Source: a virus. Taken from it: DNA of 64,000 nt. Shown piece by piece: positions 62,133 through 64,000 of the stretch. The first letter of the stretch is position 1, and every line of letters begins with the position of its first letter. Under the pieces are notes generated by a model that saw nothing but the letters and a program-made list of their open reading frames with translations, did not search any database and was not told the DNA's origin. Where the stretch lies: positions 32,001-96,000 of IMG/VR virus record IMGVR_UViG_3300045051_000172; one strand, written 5' to 3'. The position numbers were made by a program, and so were the translations under genes.

Positions 62133-62407
62133 AAACTACTTTATTGGCTCTCGTAATTTTAGCTTTAGGTGGAGCGGTTGGTTATCAACAACTTCAAATC
62201 AAAGCTTTGAAGGAAGATCACGTTTATCTCAAGGACGCGACTTTGAAAGTCATACAACGCATTGACGAGGAGTTCGTTCTTATGAATGATAATTACACTA
62301 GCCGCCAAAATCGATTGCAAGATTCTCTCGAAGAGCGAATCGGAACTTTGGAACGAGATTTAGAAGATCTTAAGTTTTTATTTGGTACGAAGAAAAAGAG
62401 AAAGTAA
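62129..62407 (+). CDS. TM-anchored coiled-coil protein
   Basis: N-terminal hydrophobic helix then heptads; AAGGAG RBS. Confidence 0.6.
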   Translation: MKTTLLALVILALGGAVGYQQLQIKALKEDHVYLKDATLKVIQRIDEEFVLMNDNYTSRQNRLQDSLEERIGTLERDLEDLKFLFGTKKKRK

Positions 62408-62508
62408 TGACTAACGAAGAATGGCTTCGAATTCTTCTGTTTACAATCGGATTCCTAGCCGGGGTTGCTTTCGAAAGGCTTCCAGATTTTGATAAGGACG
62501 AGGAATGA
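62407..62508 (+). CDS. Small single-TM protein (33 aa, MTNEEWLRILLF...)
   Basis: TAATG and ATGA overlaps with both neighbours. Confidence 0.4.
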   Translation: MTNEEWLRILLFTIGFLAGVAFERLPDFDKDEE

Positions 62509-62933
62509 AAGACAAGGACAAACGGTCAGACATTAGAATTCCCTTGCTATCCGAAACGGTAGCAATTTCTTCGGATTTCTATTTTGATCGCCTTGATGTG
62601 GCTGATATTTGTTCAGGAGGAATTTTCGTCAAGATAAAAGAACCTAACCAATTTTTGAAAGCCAAGACTAAAGTTAAGATCATTTTCACGTTACCAGGGG
62701 ATCTCGGAGACCTAGATCTGACTGGAGAAGTTTGTCGAGTTAATTGGATGTTGAGTAAGAAAAAGAACATTACAGTTTTGGGAATGGCTATTAAATTTGA
62801 CCCAATGGATGCTGGTCGCAAGAAGATTATGGATGCTTACAGAATTTATTTGAGGAATAAACAAATAATTACCGTCTCCAAAAGAATCATTGAAGAATTT
62901 TTTGGAGATCAAGGACCTAAGAAACTCCTATGA
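62505..62933 (+). CDS. Stand-alone PilZ-domain protein
   Basis: RxxxR 'RSDIR', D-x-[S/C]-x-x-G 'DICSGG', 'IFV', 'GEVCRV', 'GMAIKF'. Confidence 0.8.
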   Translation: MKDKDKRSDIRIPLLSETVAISSDFYFDRLDVADICSGGIFVKIKEPNQFLKAKTKVKIIFTLPGDLGDLDLTGEVCRVNWMLSKKKNITVLGMAIKFDPMDAGRKKIMDAYRIYLRNKQIITVSKRIIEEFFGDQGPKKLL

Positions 62934-64000
62934 AACTAAGCGATGGAAAAACTACGAAGAATGGATCGACTTTCTATAAGGTCGCGGGACTTCCAGCTAA
63001 AGAGATCTTCCGACGCCACTTAGGTATTGGAAAATTGGCTGAGGTCGTTCGGGGGCATAGCACGGACAAAGAAGAGACTTTCGCTGACTTCCCCAAATCA
63101 GTTGGAATTTTTGTTCACGAGAAAAAGATGGTCTTCATTGCGTATAAGATGCGCTTGAATGTCGGAGCCAATGCGAAACCTAGAATTTTCGCCGATTCCA
63201 AACGATTTACAATCTCTTTTAAGAATGGAAAAGCTTTTATTTACAAGGTCCAAGTGGGACGAGAGCAAACTCCCGTTGCTAACTACACTTTTAAACCAGA
63301 GGCCTTGGTTGAGTTTCTTGCTCGGGAATTGAAGCATTACGATGTTAAAAAGATCAAGCATAAGATTTACAATCAGGTAGCCAACTTGATTTTCCGAGAA
63401 GCTAAGAAGCATGGAATTTTCAAAAAGCATCCTCCTAAAAAAGTGTTTAAACTTTCCAACGTGATGCTTGCGTTAGCCTATCCGGAACTCATTCCTTTCT
63501 GGATGGAAGGCTTTAATCTGAACAATATTCAGAACGATCAAGAAGTTATCAAGCTTTTCAGATCTCTTCCGGCTCCTTCCGTCACGAGAAAGTTCGTTGA
63601 GATCAAAGGAAAGAAGAAGGGACTCATTCGAGAGATCTTAGAGGGAACCAAACTTTACGGCAGTCACGATAAATATCTGACTACACTTCCCTTCTATGTG
63701 GCGAGATTTTTCCAAGGACTTTTGTCTGAGGACCACATTCAGAACGTGCTTAAGTTAACCCGCTCTACTCTTCAGGAGTCTCTTAAAGATCCCAAATTGG
63801 TTCTGACGACTACAGAGCCTTTCGAAAGAGGATGGACTAAAACGGAGCAAAAGCATTATGTCGAAGGCCTGATTTCTTTCGGCCAGGAATTGAAGACCCA
63901 TAATTCTAAGATTGAGACTCAGGCTGCAGGTAAAAAGAAAGCCGTAATAGTTAAGATTCCAAACCCGGATACGGTTCGACTCAAGGCTTTCTTGGCTAAT
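62930..64000 (+). CDS. Large hypothetical protein, 3'-truncated (MKLSDGKTTKNG...), not in the ORF track
   Basis: ATGA overlap with the PilZ gene; I read the frame as open to the window end (>350 aa). Confidence 0.6.
   Translation, partial: MKLSDGKTTKNGSTFYKVAGLPAKEIFRRHLGIGKLAEVVRGHSTDKEETFADFPKSVGIFVHEKKMVFIAYKMRLNVGANAKPRIFADSKRFTISFKNGKAFIYKVQVGREQTPVANYTFKPEALVEFLARELKHYDVKKIKHKIYNQVANLIFREAKKHGIFKKHPPKKVFKLSNVMLALAYPELIPFWMEGFNLNNIQNDQEVIKLFRSLPAPSVTRKFVEIKGKKKGLIREILEGTKLYGSHDKYLTTLPFYVARFFQGLLSEDHIQNVLKLTRSTLQESLKDPKLVLTTTEPFERGWTKTEQKHYVEGLISFGQELKTHNSKIETQAAGKKKAVIVKIPNPDTVRLKAFLAN

Noticed and set aside
1-64000. CRISPR array or cas operon
   Set aside because: No regularly spaced direct repeats were seen; the Cas4-like gene is solitary.
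1-64000. Stop-codon reassignment
   Set aside because: Long genes are intact in the standard code with tight overlaps, and TAA, TGA and TAG all end genes at sensible positions.
62930-64000. PcfJ-like assignment for the truncated last gene
   Set aside because: The diagnostic C-terminal region would lie beyond the window; nothing visible supports a name.
1-64000. Prophage or host-chromosome interpretation (groEL, groES, clpP, recA, polA, dut look cellular)
   Set aside because: All are divergent, interleaved with virion genes and not in bacterial operon context (groES and groEL are 23 kb apart). No integrase, att site or host gene block is visible.

Overview
The whole window is part of a large lytic-type tailed phage (myovirus) genome. 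There is no host housekeeping block, integrase, IS or CRISPR array. Layout: (1) 1-17.8 kb, + strand: baseplate J/I-like wedge genes, a run of fibre/adhesin genes with shared modules, two fibre chaperones, a membrane protein and a GH24 lysozyme, then an atypical tRNA-Met(CAT). (2) 18.0-25.0 kb, - strand: accessory genes (HNH, HAD, CYTH, SF2 helicase, small membrane proteins), interrupted by a ~460-nt ORF-less, heavily base-paired + strand RNA with its own promoter. (3) 25.3-43.7 kb, + strand: PQ-loop protein, a second tRNA-like cloverleaf (- strand), GroEL, dUTPase, metallophosphoesterase, primase-helicase, family A DNA polymerase, dNMP kinase, RecA-like, SbcD/SbcC-like and RuvC-like genes. (4) 43.7-59.4 kb, + strand: terminase, portal, head morphogenesis protein, an inserted proteostasis cluster (FKBP-like, GroES, two ClpP-like), Cas4-like nuclease, prohead protease, scaffold and a major capsid protein resembling those of Twort/SPO1-like phages. 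(5) 59.4-64 kb: accessory genes including HAD and metallophosphoesterase genes and a stand-alone PilZ protein. The best candidates for undescribed biology are the large structured ncRNA (23720-24181), the two non-canonical tRNA-like RNAs, the phage PilZ protein and the chaperone/protease kit. All assignments come from motifs read by eye and base pairing done by hand; no database searches or folding programs were run.
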